This document shows positions 30,895 through 40,647 of a stretch of 64,000 nt of DNA, in pieces (position 1 is the stretch's first letter; each line of letters starts with the position of its first letter). Origin of the DNA: an uncultured Moraxellaceae bacterium (lineage in GTDB: Bacteria > Pseudomonadota > Gammaproteobacteria > Pseudomonadales > Moraxellaceae). The notes beneath the pieces are model-generated. The model had not been told where the DNA came from, searched no databases, and worked only from the letters and a program-made list of their open reading frames with translations. Both the position numbers and the translations under genes were made by a program. The stretch covers positions 4,418-68,417 of the forward strand of contig CAMTYC010000030.1 of the NCBI GenBank assembly GCA_947085865.1, written 5' to 3'.

Positions 30895-31676
30895 TTAGTA
30901 TTCATTCGCATTCCTTTGTATCACCACGTGGTGATGCCTTGTTTGACTTGCCTGATTTAGTGCTAAAGGGCGGCCAAGTTTGGGCCGTCATGGGTGCTAA
31001 CGGGGTAGGTAAATCGACGTTTTTACAGGCTTGCAGTGGCCGTGACAGCTCTGCCGTAAATCCATATTGGTTTTGGCAAAACCAACCATTACCGTTATGG
31101 AGTGATGCTAGCTTTGCCTGTCAACGCGCCTTTCTAAAGCAGCAGTCTGTTTTGCCTAGTGCGTTGTCTGTGCAGGCGGTAGTGAAAATGGCGGCCTATC
31201 CATGGGGTGGGGCACATGCACATTTACACCAATGTTTTGATGAGGTGGTTAAGGGTTGGGAGTTACAGCATTTATTGCTGCGCTCATGCGCTCAGTTGTC
31301 GGGGGGTGAGTCCCAGCGTGTGCGTTTAGCTCAAACGGAGCTACAAATACGTTTAGCGGAGGTTGGCCAGGCTTTGTGGTTGTTAGATGAGCCTTTAACA
31401 GGTCTTGATGCACCGCATCAGCAGGTTGTTGTTCAGCGCTTACAACAATGTGCTCAGGATGGTGCTTTGATTATTGCTGCACTGCATGATGCAAATACGG
31501 CATTACGTTTAGCGACCCACTTTTTAATTTTGAGCCAAACCGGTGTGTTTTATGCGGGCGAGTGTGACGAGGAGAAGGTTAAGACTGCTTTAGAGCAAGC
31601 GTTTGCAGTGCCGTTATGTTGGGTTAAGCATCCTCAGGATGGAAGTGCATGGTTGTTGCCTGCGCGGCAGGGTTAG
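30891..31676 (+). CDS. ABC ATPase, BtuD/HmuV-like
   Basis: Walker A GANGVGKST, signature LSGGE, Walker B LLDEP, LHD; ATGA-coupled to the permease. Confidence 0.88.
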   Translation: MISIHSHSFVSPRGDALFDLPDLVLKGGQVWAVMGANGVGKSTFLQACSGRDSSAVNPYWFWQNQPLPLWSDASFACQRAFLKQQSVLPSALSVQAVVKMAAYPWGGAHAHLHQCFDEVVKGWELQHLLLRSCAQLSGGESQRVRLAQTELQIRLAEVGQALWLLDEPLTGLDAPHQQVVVQRLQQCAQDGALIIAALHDANTALRLATHFLILSQTGVFYAGECDEEKVKTALEQAFAVPLCWVKHPQDGSAWLLPARQG

Positions 31677-31697
31677 TGCCGCACAGGGTAACAAGAC

Positions 31698-32558
31698 TTA
31701 TAGCGCCTTAATTCGGCCTGATAAGTGAGGCTTGCCTTTGCGTGCATCATGCACGGCAAAACGGAAACCACTGGTTAACGGCTCACTGCTAAAAGCTACT
31801 TTAGCGGGAAGTAGAATGGGCAGTTTAAATTGCACATCAACACTGTAGGCGTCTGGTAGACGACCATCGAGTGCTGCTAAACACGCAGCTTTGCTCCACA
31901 TGCCATGCGCAATTGCTTGTGGGAATCCTAATAAGCGTGCAGTGATGGCATACAAGTGAATCGGGTTGCGATCGCCTGATACTGAACCATAACGACGGCC
32001 GATGTCACTTGGCACAATCCAAGTTGCACTAGCAGTTGGTACGGCTGTCACTTTTTTGTTTGGTTTTTCTGAACTAGGTTCAGCTGCTACAGTGGTTTTT
32101 TGACGGCGTAGGTAAGTACTCACGTCAATCCAGACTTTTTCATCAGCAATAAAGGCTTCACTGACCAAATCAAAGGTCACGCCTTTATCGTGCGACTGTA
32201 GATTGTTTACGCGCGTGCGAAACGTTAGCACTTCATCACTACGTACGGGGCGCAGTTGATCAATACGGTTGCGTACATGCACTAAGCCCATCAGTGCAAA
32301 AGGAAAGCTGGAGTCTGTCATCAGCGTCATTTGCAGTGGGAAGGTTAGTACATGCAAATACGTCGAGGGCACAGCATCTCGCAAAGTGAAACCACAAACG
32401 CGGTTGTACTGCGCTAGATGATCTTTATTAATCACTTGATTAGCCAGCACTAACTCTAGGTCTGGTAAGTCACCACCCTTACGAGTTGGCGCGCCAGCTA
32501 CAGCCTTAGCATATAAGCTAAGGCTGTTCGGCAGTGATGTTAGTTCACGAACAGCCAT
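31698..32558 (-). CDS. MaoC-like double-hotdog acyl dehydratase
   Basis: FPFALMGLVH, hydratase-2 motif SGDRNPIH, AIAHGMW; GGAG before ATG 32558. Confidence 0.9.
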   Translation of the reverse strand: MAVRELTSLPNSLSLYAKAVAGAPTRKGGDLPDLELVLANQVINKDHLAQYNRVCGFTLRDAVPSTYLHVLTFPLQMTLMTDSSFPFALMGLVHVRNRIDQLRPVRSDEVLTFRTRVNNLQSHDKGVTFDLVSEAFIADEKVWIDVSTYLRRQKTTVAAEPSSEKPNKKVTAVPTASATWIVPSDIGRRYGSVSGDRNPIHLYAITARLLGFPQAIAHGMWSKAACLAALDGRLPDAYSVDVQFKLPILLPAKVAFSSEPLTSGFRFAVHDARKGKPHLSGRIKAL

Positions 32559-32571
32559 AGTGGTCTCCGAC

Positions 32572-33978
32572 TTAAGCGCCAATTAAGCTTTGGCCGCAAA
32601 CGCGTACAACGTTTCCGGTTAAGCCATTGGATGCTGGGCTGGCATACCAAGCGATGGTTTCAGCAACATCTACTGGTTGGCCACCTTGTGACATGGAGTT
32701 CATGCGACGACCCGCTTCACGGATGGCGAAAGGAATAGCAGCAGTCATTTGCGTTTCAATAAAGCCAGGAGCTACTGCATTAATGGTGATGCCACGTGCT
32801 AACAGTGGTTGTTTCATGCTTTGCACCATGCCAATTACACCAGCTTTTGAGGTGGCGTAGTTGGTTTGGCCGGCGTTGCCAGCAATACCTGAAATTGACG
32901 AAACACAGATAATACGGCCATTGGCATTGATGACATTGTCATTGAGCAACGCTTCGTTAATACGCTCTTCAGCAGACAAGTTGATGTTGATGACCATATT
33001 CCACAGTTGGTCTTTCATATTGGCCAGCATTTTGTCGCGAGTAACACCAGCGTTATGCACAATAATGTCTAAGCCGCCATGTGCGTTTTTGCAGTGTTCA
33101 GCAATGCGGGCCGGCGCTTCGTGGGCGGTAATGTCCACGGCTAATACTGAGCCTTGAATACGGGCAGCAACGCGTTGTAAGTCTTCTTCCTGCTGAGGAA
33201 TGTCCAAGCAGATAACATGTGCGCCATCACGTGCCAATACGTCAGCAATGGCCTCACCAATACCGCGTGATGCACCAGTTACCAAGGCTACTTTGCCAGC
33301 TAAAGGTTTATTCCAGTCAACTTCAGGGGCTTCAATGCCTGTTGCGCTAACACGTGCAACTTGGCCTGATACATAGGCTGACTTTGGCGAAATGAAGAAA
33401 CGTAATGTGGATTCAGCTAGGTGGTCAGCATTTGGCGCAACATAAACCGTTTGTGCTGTGCCGCCTTTTTTAACTTCTTTAGCCAGGGCACGAGTGAAGC
33501 CTTCCAGCGCACGTTGCGCAGTGGCATGCAGTGGATCTTCACAGAGCTCAGGTGTGCGACCTAAAACAATAACCCGGTTGCAGGAAGCTAGCTTGCGCAT
33601 AATAGGGTTAAAGAAGCTGTGCAACTCTTGCAGCTGTTCGCTTTCAGTAATACCTGAGGCATCAAATACAATGGCTTTAAATTTTTGTGTGTCTTCGGCG
33701 CTTGGTGCATAAGCTTGAATGGTTAAACCAGCGCCAGCGGCAGCCGCATGCACTTCGCTATCAAACAGTGCATAAGCGTCTGCACTGATGTTATGCAGGA
33801 ATTTGGCGATATCGTCTACCAAGGTGCCGTTACGTGCTGCACCAACTAACACGGCGCCTGAAACTACCGGTTGGCCGGCAACAAAACGATCAAGTGGTGT
33901 TGGCGCGGGCAGGCCCAAATTTTTTGCTAACATTTGGCCAACGGATGAGTTGATGAAATCAATATAACGATCGCTCAT
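32572..33978 (-). CDS. long two-domain 3-oxoacyl reductase (FabG4-like SDR)
   Basis: 468 aa; N-terminal extra domain (FDASGI, SAYVSGQ) plus SDR TGASRGIG, HNAGVTRD, YATSK. Confidence 0.9.
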   Translation of the reverse strand: MSDRYIDFINSSVGQMLAKNLGLPAPTPLDRFVAGQPVVSGAVLVGAARNGTLVDDIAKFLHNISADAYALFDSEVHAAAAGAGLTIQAYAPSAEDTQKFKAIVFDASGITESEQLQELHSFFNPIMRKLASCNRVIVLGRTPELCEDPLHATAQRALEGFTRALAKEVKKGGTAQTVYVAPNADHLAESTLRFFISPKSAYVSGQVARVSATGIEAPEVDWNKPLAGKVALVTGASRGIGEAIADVLARDGAHVICLDIPQQEEDLQRVAARIQGSVLAVDITAHEAPARIAEHCKNAHGGLDIIVHNAGVTRDKMLANMKDQLWNMVININLSAEERINEALLNDNVINANGRIICVSSISGIAGNAGQTNYATSKAGVIGMVQSMKQPLLARGITINAVAPGFIETQMTAAIPFAIREAGRRMNSMSQGGQPVDVAETIAWYASPASNGLTGNVVRVCGQSLIGA

Positions 33979-34212
33979 GATAAGTACCTGTATCAGTCCA
34001 TAGAAGTTTGCGTAAATATGTGCGCAGACTAGTCAATTTGACGATTGATTGCGAGTCTTGGCGCATAATATGGTTTAGTTAGTGCAGGCTTAAGCCTATC
34101 AAATGCCTAAGCACACACTATTTGCCGGATAAGTGGCATTGGTTCGCATTTCGGCCAATGCTTTGTTTAATGACTGTGCTAGCTTGGCAGGGTCAATTTC
34201 AAGGAGTATGTC

Positions 34213-35490
34213 ATGACCAGTCTTCGTCGCGTCGCTATTGTTGGCGCTAATCGCATTCCATTTGCTCGTTCTAACAGTGTTTATGCTACTGCATCGAACC
34301 AAGACATGCTGACTGCCGCGCTCGACGGCTTAGTTAGCCGTTTTAAATTAGACGGCGTACGTGTTGGTGAAGTGGTGGCCGGTGCCGTTCTTAAGCACAG
34401 CCGTGACTTCAACCTGACCCGTGAATGTGTATTGAGCACAAAACTATCCCCACAAACCACGGCTTACGATATTCAGCAAGCCTGTGGTACTGGTTTAGAA
34501 GCCGCTATTTTGGTGGCGAACAAAATTGCTGTTGGTCAGATCGAGTCCGGTATTGCTGGTGGTGTAGATACGACATCAGACGCACCGATTGCCCTGAGTG
34601 AAGGCCTGCGTTCAATTCTGTTGGAAGTGAACCGTGGCAAAACCACAGGTGCGAAGCTGAAGACGCTGGCTAAAATTCGTCCTAAGCACTTAATTCCAGC
34701 GGTTCCACGCAATGGTGAGCCTCGTACTGGTTTAGCGATGGGTGACCACGCGGCGATCACTGCGGCTGAGTGGCAGATTCCTCGTGCCGAGCAAGATGCT
34801 TTGGCCGTTGCCAGCCATCACAAGCTTGCTGCAGCTTATGAGCGCGGCTTTTTTGATGACCTGGTTACACCGTACTTAGGTCTGAAGCGTGACCAAAACT
34901 TGCGTCCAGACTCCAATATTGAAAAGCTGGCAACGTTGAAGCCTTGTTTTGGTGATCGTGAGACCGGCACCATGACCGCTGCAAACTCTACCCCGTTGAC
35001 TGATGGCGCATCGGTTGTATTGTTGGCATCAGAAGAGTGGGCCAAAGAGCGTGGCCTGCCAATCTTGGCTTATTTTGTTGACGGTGAAGTCGCTTCAGTT
35101 GACTTTGTGCATGAAAAAGAAGGTCTGTTGATGGCGCCTGCTTATGCCGTTCCACGTTTGTTGGCGCGTCGCGGCTTAACGCTGCAAGACTTTGACTACT
35201 ATGAAATTCATGAAGCCTTTGCTTCACAAGTGTTGTCGACATTAAAGGCTTGGGAAGACCCAACCTTCTGCAAAGAGCGTTTAGGTCTAGACGCACCTTT
35301 AGGCTCGATTGATCGCAGCAAGCTGAACGTTAATGGTTCATCGTTGGCAGCAGGTCATCCTTTCGCGGCAACAGGTGGTCGTATTGTTGGTACATTGGCC
35401 AAAATCTTGTCAGAAAAAGGCTCAGGCCGTGGCTTGATTTCAGTTTGTGCCGCTGGCGGTCAAGGTGTTGTAGCGATTGTTGAGCGTTAA
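34213..35490 (+). CDS. acetyl-CoA C-acyltransferase (thiolase, FadA2-like)
   Basis: RIPFAR, QQACGTG, LTDGAS, HEAF, GHPFAATG, CAAGG. Confidence 0.95.
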   Translation: MTSLRRVAIVGANRIPFARSNSVYATASNQDMLTAALDGLVSRFKLDGVRVGEVVAGAVLKHSRDFNLTRECVLSTKLSPQTTAYDIQQACGTGLEAAILVANKIAVGQIESGIAGGVDTTSDAPIALSEGLRSILLEVNRGKTTGAKLKTLAKIRPKHLIPAVPRNGEPRTGLAMGDHAAITAAEWQIPRAEQDALAVASHHKLAAAYERGFFDDLVTPYLGLKRDQNLRPDSNIEKLATLKPCFGDRETGTMTAANSTPLTDGASVVLLASEEWAKERGLPILAYFVDGEVASVDFVHEKEGLLMAPAYAVPRLLARRGLTLQDFDYYEIHEAFASQVLSTLKAWEDPTFCKERLGLDAPLGSIDRSKLNVNGSSLAAGHPFAATGGRIVGTLAKILSEKGSGRGLISVCAAGGQGVVAIVER

Positions 35491-35512
35491 TCGTTAAGCG
35501 CCTGTTAAATAA

Positions 35513-35544
35513 ATAAAAAAGCCCGCATTTGCGGGCTTTTTTAT
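35513..35544. terminator. bidirectional terminator between thiolase and FKBP genes
   Basis: ATAAAAAAGCCCGC-attt-GCGGGCTTTTTTAT between convergent genes. Confidence 0.92.
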
Positions 35545-35559
35545 GGCTGTTAGTACAAC

Positions 35560-36258
35560 TTATGGTTTGGTCACATCTAACAGTTCAACTTCAAAAATCA
35601 GCGTTTCATTAGGGCCAATTTTCTCGCCTGAGCCCATCTCGCCATAACCTAAGCTGGCAGGAATGAACAAGCGATGCTTGGCACCTGTTTTCATCAGTTG
35701 AACACCTTCAGTCCAACCGGGGATAACGCGATCTAATGGAAATTGAATCGGTTGGCCACGGTCATAAGAGCTATCAAAGGTTTCACCGTTGATCAACGTG
35801 CCTTTGTAATGCACGGTCACAATATCTGTAGCTGCTGGATTAGCACCATTGCCTTCCGTCAACACTTCATATTGAAGGCCGCTTTCCGTGGTAACAACAT
35901 TGTCCTTTTTAGCATTTGCCGCTAAGAACTCTTCGCCTTTTTTCAGCGCAGTTTCACCTTCTGCGGTGCGTTTTTGCTGCTGTTTTTCCATCAGCGTTTG
36001 CGCAACGGTCATTTTGATTTTTTCTAGCTCTTCATCCGTAAATGCCAGCTCTTTTTTGGCTTGTACGTCATTCATGCCGTGTTTAAGTGCTTTGAAGTCA
36101 AGATCGGCACTGATGGGATCTAGCGAACGACCAATTTCAACACCAATGGCATAGCTAAATTGTTCATTATCTGTTTTCAGTTTTGACTTTTCTGCACCAC
36201 AACCGGCCAATATTAAAATACCAGCGGAGAGCGCAAGAAGACGTGAAGGGCGATTCAT
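35560..36258 (-). CDS. FKBP-type peptidyl-prolyl isomerase (FkpA/Mip-like), predicted lipoprotein
   Basis: Lipobox LAGC, SYAIG dimerisation domain, TESGLQY, VHYKG, FDSS, VIPGWTEG, LIFEVEL. Confidence 0.94.
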   Translation of the reverse strand: MNRPSRLLALSAGILILAGCGAEKSKLKTDNEQFSYAIGVEIGRSLDPISADLDFKALKHGMNDVQAKKELAFTDEELEKIKMTVAQTLMEKQQQKRTAEGETALKKGEEFLAANAKKDNVVTTESGLQYEVLTEGNGANPAATDIVTVHYKGTLINGETFDSSYDRGQPIQFPLDRVIPGWTEGVQLMKTGAKHRLFIPASLGYGEMGSGEKIGPNETLIFEVELLDVTKP

Positions 36259-36292
36259 ATAAAAATCCTGTTGTTGTGGTTATCAGCTGCAA

Positions 36293-37162
36293 CTACTGGT
36301 TTTGTAGTCGCTTGAGTAAGCTAGATGTGTCCCAACGGCCACCCCCCATGTCTTGAACCTCACGGTAAAAGTCATTAATGACGGTGGTAATCGGCAGATT
36401 AAGACCAAGCTGCGCAGACTCAGCCAGCACTATATCAAGATCCTTACGCATCCAGTCAACTGCAAATCCATGTTCATAGTGATCTTGTTGCATGGTTTTA
36501 TGCCGATTAAGCAATTGCCATGAGCTGCCAGCACCTTGACCAACTAATTGCATCACTTGATCGACATCTAAACCGGCTACTTCAGCAAAGCGCATGCCTT
36601 CTGCGAGTCCTTGAATGACGCCAGCGACACAAATCTGGTTGACCATCTTAGCTAATTGGCCATGACCAACTGGGCCGAGGTGAGCCTGTGCTTTGGCGTA
36701 GCTGGCTAAAATGGGTTGTGCTTTGACGATGTCTTTGGCGTCGCCCCCACAGAAAATACTGAGCTGTCCGTTGATAGCGCCTTGTTGCCCACCAGAAACA
36801 GGGGCGTCGATAAAGCCGCACAGTTGCCGACTAAACAAGGCAGCAATTTCTCGAGAGATATTTGCAGAAACTGTAGAGTGATCAATTACTAAAGAACCAT
36901 TTTTAATGCTTTTTATTACACCATTATTGCCTAACAAAACTTCGTATAAGTCCTCATCACGGCCAACACAGGTCAAAATAATATCGGCATTTTCGGCGGC
37001 TTGAGCAGGTGAGGAGGCGACTTCACCACCATATTCTTGCTGCCATTGGCTAGTTTTTTGTGTTGAGCGATTCCATACGGTGACGCTGAAGCCAGCGCGC
37101 AACAAGTGGCCCGCCATAGGGTATCCCATGGTGCCAAGTCCAATAAACGCGAGACGAGTCAT
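36293..37162 (-). CDS. NAD(P)-dependent oxidoreductase, 3-hydroxyisobutyrate dehydrogenase family
   Basis: FIGLGTMG, DAPVSGGQ, KMVNQ, FAVDWMRKDL, DTSSL. Confidence 0.93.
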   Translation of the reverse strand: MTRLAFIGLGTMGYPMAGHLLRAGFSVTVWNRSTQKTSQWQQEYGGEVASSPAQAAENADIILTCVGRDEDLYEVLLGNNGVIKSIKNGSLVIDHSTVSANISREIAALFSRQLCGFIDAPVSGGQQGAINGQLSIFCGGDAKDIVKAQPILASYAKAQAHLGPVGHGQLAKMVNQICVAGVIQGLAEGMRFAEVAGLDVDQVMQLVGQGAGSSWQLLNRHKTMQQDHYEHGFAVDWMRKDLDIVLAESAQLGLNLPITTVINDFYREVQDMGGGRWDTSSLLKRLQNQ

Positions 37163-37191
37163 CAAATTTTCCTTAAAAGTAGGTTGCCCTA

Positions 37192-37221
37192 TTGCAAATG
37201 CGAATAAATCGCATTTATACT
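37192..37221 (+). promoter_or_regulatory. Fur box overlapping a sigma70 promoter of bfd
   Basis: Inverted repeat AAATGCGA-ataaa-TCGCATTT (37196-37216), 7-1-7 core TGCGAAT-A-AATCGCA; TTGCAA (37192) N18 TATACT (37216). bfd is a classic Fur target. Confidence 0.75.
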
Positions 37222-37250
37222 TGCATCACGAATGAGCGAGGGCTTAACCC

Positions 37251-37469
37251 ATGTATGTGTGCTTATGTCATGCCGTTACAGAGCGTAAAATTCAACAAGC
37301 TGTTGCGCAAGGTACGTCCTCGTTTCAGGACTTGCAAGCATCCACAGGTGTAGCTACCTGCTGCGGCGCTTGTATCGACTATGCCGAGCAAACATGGCAA
37401 GACGCATTAGCAACTCACTCACCAAGTTATCAACTTGCCGCTGCTCGTTTAGCCACTTCTGTGATATAA
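37251..37469 (+). CDS. bfd: bacterioferritin-associated ferredoxin
   Basis: MYVCLCHAVT...TCCGAC [2Fe-2S] motif; directly upstream of bfr. Confidence 0.95.
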   Translation: MYVCLCHAVTERKIQQAVAQGTSSFQDLQASTGVATCCGACIDYAEQTWQDALATHSPSYQLAAARLATSVI

Positions 37470-37502
37470 AAACACCACATCTTTAATGTTTGGAGTGGTG
37501 GT

Positions 37503-37976
37503 ATGAAGGGTGATAAAGCGGTTATTGCACAGCTTAATCAGCAGCTAAAAAACGAGCTCACCGCCATTAATCAATATTTTTTGCATGCGCGTATGTATCG
37601 CCATTGGGGCTTAGATCGCCTTGCAAAAAAAGAATACGATGAATCAATTGGTGAAATGAAGCATGCTGATAAGTTAATTGATCGTGTGCTCATGCTAGAT
37701 GGCTTACCTAACCTTCAAGATCTTCATAAGCTGATGATTGGTGAAACAGTGCCTGAAATGCTGGGTGCCGATTTGAAGTTAGAGCAGGGCGCGCAAGTGA
37801 CGATTAAGGATGGTATTGCTGCCGCAGAGCTTGCTCGTGACTATGTCAGTCGAGACTTACTGTTATCAATTTTAGACGATACAGAAGAGCATATTGATTG
37901 GCTGGAAACTCAGCTCGATTTAATTGAGAAAATGGGTCTGCCTAATTACATTCAATCACAAACGCTTGAGTCTTAA
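37503..37976 (+). CDS. bfr: bacterioferritin
   Basis: [22 protein letters not shown] (heme Met), [10 protein letters not shown]. Confidence 0.97.
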   Translation: MKGDKAVIAQLNQQLKNELTAINQYFLHARMYRHWGLDRLAKKEYDESIGEMKHADKLIDRVLMLDGLPNLQDLHKLMIGETVPEMLGADLKLEQGAQVTIKDGIAAAELARDYVSRDLLLSILDDTEEHIDWLETQLDLIEKMGLPNYIQSQTLES

Positions 37977-37982
37977 GCGCTC

Positions 37983-38987
37983 GTGACCGACCAGGTGTTC
38001 AAGCCGCTGACTGATTTTGTTGCGGCTTGGCAGCAGGCCACGTCAGATCTTCGTTTGTCGGCGCTACGGGATCACGCAACCCGCTTGCATCAGCAGCTGC
38101 TACAACAACCCCCGGTTTCTTGTTTTAAAAGTGCTGATCTTTATCGCGATCTATACCCAATTAGTCAGGCCTATAGCGGTGTTTATTCGGGATTATCACT
38201 GACAGTGCCTTATGTGCACTTGCTTAAACGACTTTGGATTATTCAATTCACTGATTTTAGTGGTGCCCTGAAAACCTTATTGTTCTCACCGAGTGATAAC
38301 CATGACCCGTTACAAACGGCGTTATTTCAACGCTTCAATGCTCGTTTGCCGCTTTATCTCCGTCGTTTAAGTAAGGCGGCAATTGCACCAAGTTATCAGT
38401 CAGTCGAGTCTGCGCTTGGGGAGCTTGGCGTTCGACCAGAACAGATTGATTACATTAGTTATAACCATCTGCAAGGTCAGCATATTACTCATTGGTTAGC
38501 CCTTTTCCCGCAAGCGAAGTTGCTGGTTCATGAGCAAGAGCTTAGTCAGTGTTCAGAGCAGTTGGCTCCTGAAAAGTTACAAGTCTTTACGGATAGCATT
38601 TATTTAGGTGAAGGCTTGGCATTGGTGCATAGTCCTGGTGTATCTGACGGCCATCATGTCTTGGTTGCTAGAGTCGCTGACGGCGTTTGTGTCATTACCG
38701 GTAATGGTGTGGGTGCTGATGCTTATGCGCCCGAGCATTCGCGTATAAAGGCAGTTCGTCGTTATTCAGAGCAGCATGAGTTAGAGGTGATTGTTAAGGG
38801 GCGCCAACATATGGCAGTAGACACTCATTACGCTGCCATGGTGATGGAAAAAACATTGGCAGGGTCATCACACCACCCCGACTTTCCTAATTGCGCTTAT
38901 TCGGGTGAAGCGACGCCTTATTGGCTGATGCCGGGCTTTTCGGTCAGCTTCTTACATGGGTCAGATGATTTTGGTGAGATTCAATAA
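37983..38987 (+). CDS. hypothetical protein, degenerate metallo-beta-lactamase-like fold
   Basis: GVRPEQIDYISYNHLQGQH, FPQAKLLVHEQE, LGEGLALVHSPGVSDGHH match the MBL scaffold, but metal ligands are substituted. Confidence 0.65.
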   Translation: MTDQVFKPLTDFVAAWQQATSDLRLSALRDHATRLHQQLLQQPPVSCFKSADLYRDLYPISQAYSGVYSGLSLTVPYVHLLKRLWIIQFTDFSGALKTLLFSPSDNHDPLQTALFQRFNARLPLYLRRLSKAAIAPSYQSVESALGELGVRPEQIDYISYNHLQGQHITHWLALFPQAKLLVHEQELSQCSEQLAPEKLQVFTDSIYLGEGLALVHSPGVSDGHHVLVARVADGVCVITGNGVGADAYAPEHSRIKAVRRYSEQHELEVIVKGRQHMAVDTHYAAMVMEKTLAGSSHHPDFPNCAYSGEATPYWLMPGFSVSFLHGSDDFGEIQ

Positions 38988-39016
38988 AAAAGGCCGCTTA
39001 ATGCGGCCTTTTTTAT
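38984..39016. terminator. bidirectional terminator (gltA / bfr operon)
   Basis: ATAAAAAAGGCCGC-ttaat-GCGGCCTTTTTTAT. Confidence 0.92.
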
Positions 39017-39037
39017 ATTGCGTTAATCAGTACTGAA

Positions 39038-40315
39038 TTAACGTTTTTCCACTGGCACGATGTCGCGCTGTGTGTGGCCAGTATATAACTGACGTGGGCG
39101 ACCAATTTTGTATGGTGCGCTGTGCATTTCTAACCAATGCGAAATCCAGCCGACAGTACGTGCCAAGGCGAAGATTACTGTGAACATTGAGGTTGGAATG
39201 CCAATTGCTTTCAGGATGATGCCTGAGTAGAAGTCGACGTTTGGATAGAGTTTACGTTCTACAAAGTACGGGTCGCTCAAGGCAATGCGCTCAAGCTCCA
39301 TGGCCAGTTCCAGCTGAGGATCGTTAATTCCCAATGCAGCTAGCACTTCGTCACAGGTTTGCTTCATTACTTTGGCACGTGGGTCAAAGTTTTTATAAAC
39401 ACGGTGACCAAAGCCCATCAATTTAACTTCTTTGGTTTTAACTTTTTCCATGAAACCAGCAACGTTTTCAACACTGCCAATTTCATCCAGCATGTTCAGC
39501 ACAGCTTCGTTGGCGCCGCCATGAGCAGGGCCCCAAAGCGCGGCAATGCCAGCAGCAATACAGGCGTAAGGGTTGGCGCCAGTTGAGCCAGCTAAACGTA
39601 CAGTTGATGTTGATGCGTTTTGTTCGTGGTCAGCATGCAATGTAAAGATGCGATCCATGGCTTTAGCCAGCACAGGATTTATCTTGTGATCTACATCAGC
39701 AGGCACAGAAAACATCATATGCAGGAAGTTTTCAGCGTAGTTCAGATCATTGCGAGGATAAACAAATGGCTGACCTGACGAGTATTTGTAACTCATTGCT
39801 GCAATGGTTGGGATTTTGGCGATCAGACGAATTGCAGTGATTTCGCGGTGCTTGGTGTCATTAACATCTAAACCATCATGGTAGAACGCAGACAGAGCGC
39901 CAACAACACCACACATGATTGCCATTGGGTGAGCATCACGGCGGAAGCCATCAAAGAATTTACGCAGTTGCTCATGAACCATGGTGTGGTTAGTAACCAA
40001 CTGTTCAAATTCAGCTTTTTGCTCTGCATTGGGCAATTCGCCGTTCAGCAGCAGGTAACACACTTCAAGGTATTCAGCTTTTTCGGCCAACTGATCAATG
40101 GGGTAGCCGCGATGCAACAAAATACCTTTGTCGCCATCGATGAAAGTGATTTTGGATTCACAGGCGGAAGTCGACATGAAGCCTGGGTCAAACGTGAAGT
40201 AGCCTTTAGCTAAAACATCTTTGACATCAATGACATCTGGACCCAGTGTGCCAGATGAAATTGGAAGGGAAAGGGATTCATCACCGATAGTCAGTGTCGC
40301 GTTTTTGGCCGTCAT
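39038..40315 (-). CDS. gltA: citrate synthase (type II)
   Basis: [45 protein letters not shown]; ATG 40315 has better AGGAG spacing than GTG 40318. Confidence 0.98.
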   Translation of the reverse strand: MTAKNATLTIGDESLSLPISSGTLGPDVIDVKDVLAKGYFTFDPGFMSTSACESKITFIDGDKGILLHRGYPIDQLAEKAEYLEVCYLLLNGELPNAEQKAEFEQLVTNHTMVHEQLRKFFDGFRRDAHPMAIMCGVVGALSAFYHDGLDVNDTKHREITAIRLIAKIPTIAAMSYKYSSGQPFVYPRNDLNYAENFLHMMFSVPADVDHKINPVLAKAMDRIFTLHADHEQNASTSTVRLAGSTGANPYACIAAGIAALWGPAHGGANEAVLNMLDEIGSVENVAGFMEKVKTKEVKLMGFGHRVYKNFDPRAKVMKQTCDEVLAALGINDPQLELAMELERIALSDPYFVERKLYPNVDFYSGIILKAIGIPTSMFTVIFALARTVGWISHWLEMHSAPYKIGRPRQLYTGHTQRDIVPVEKR

Positions 40316-40389
40316 CACGGTCTCCTGGTGGGTTCTGCGTGCTTATTAGCAAGAGAGAAATGCACGTCTGCATGTGCAAATGCGCGCCT

Positions 40390-40417
40390 AGCTTAAATCA
40401 CGAGGCAAAATTGTCAA
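40390..40417 (-). promoter_or_regulatory. sigma70 promoter candidate for gltA
   Basis: Minus strand TTGACA (40417-40412) N16 TAAGCT (40395-40390). Confidence 0.6.
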
Positions 40418-40502
40418 CGAATTAGCGGTAAGTGGCGCCGTCCATCGACTTAAGTCGCATATAAATTCAGACGATTGTGGCGTGTTTGTCGCCTAAGGTG
40501 GT

Positions 40503-40531
40503 TTGTATTACAGATTGTGCGGGATTATACT
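40503..40531 (+). promoter_or_regulatory. sigma70 promoter candidate for sdhCDAB
   Basis: TTGTAT (40503) N17 TATACT (40526). Confidence 0.55.
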
Positions 40532-40560
40532 TGCCGCCATCGTTGAGTCATCTGACGGTA

Positions 40561-40593
40561 ATAAAAATTAACTTTATTATTATCAGTGTCTTA
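40561..40593 (+). promoter_or_regulatory. IHF-like site upstream of sdhC
   Basis: TATCAGtgtcTTA (40581-40593) fits WATCARnnnnTTR, with an A/T tract upstream. Confidence 0.4.
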
Positions 40594-40647
40594 GCGTCTA
40601 AACTTTCCCTATCATGTGCCTTTAGGCCAGATCAACAGGACGCTCTC

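Noticed and set aside
33979-34212. Palindromes (GTCAA-T-TTGAC; GCATTGG...CCAATGC) and a 67-aa ORF in the reductase-thiolase spacer
   Set aside because: Short repeats expected by chance and no recognisable motif; the ORF overlaps the thiolase start on the opposite strand.
40477-40647. Long N-terminal extension of sdhC in the ORF track
   Set aside because: It spans the predicted promoter; homology and RBS point to GTG 40648.
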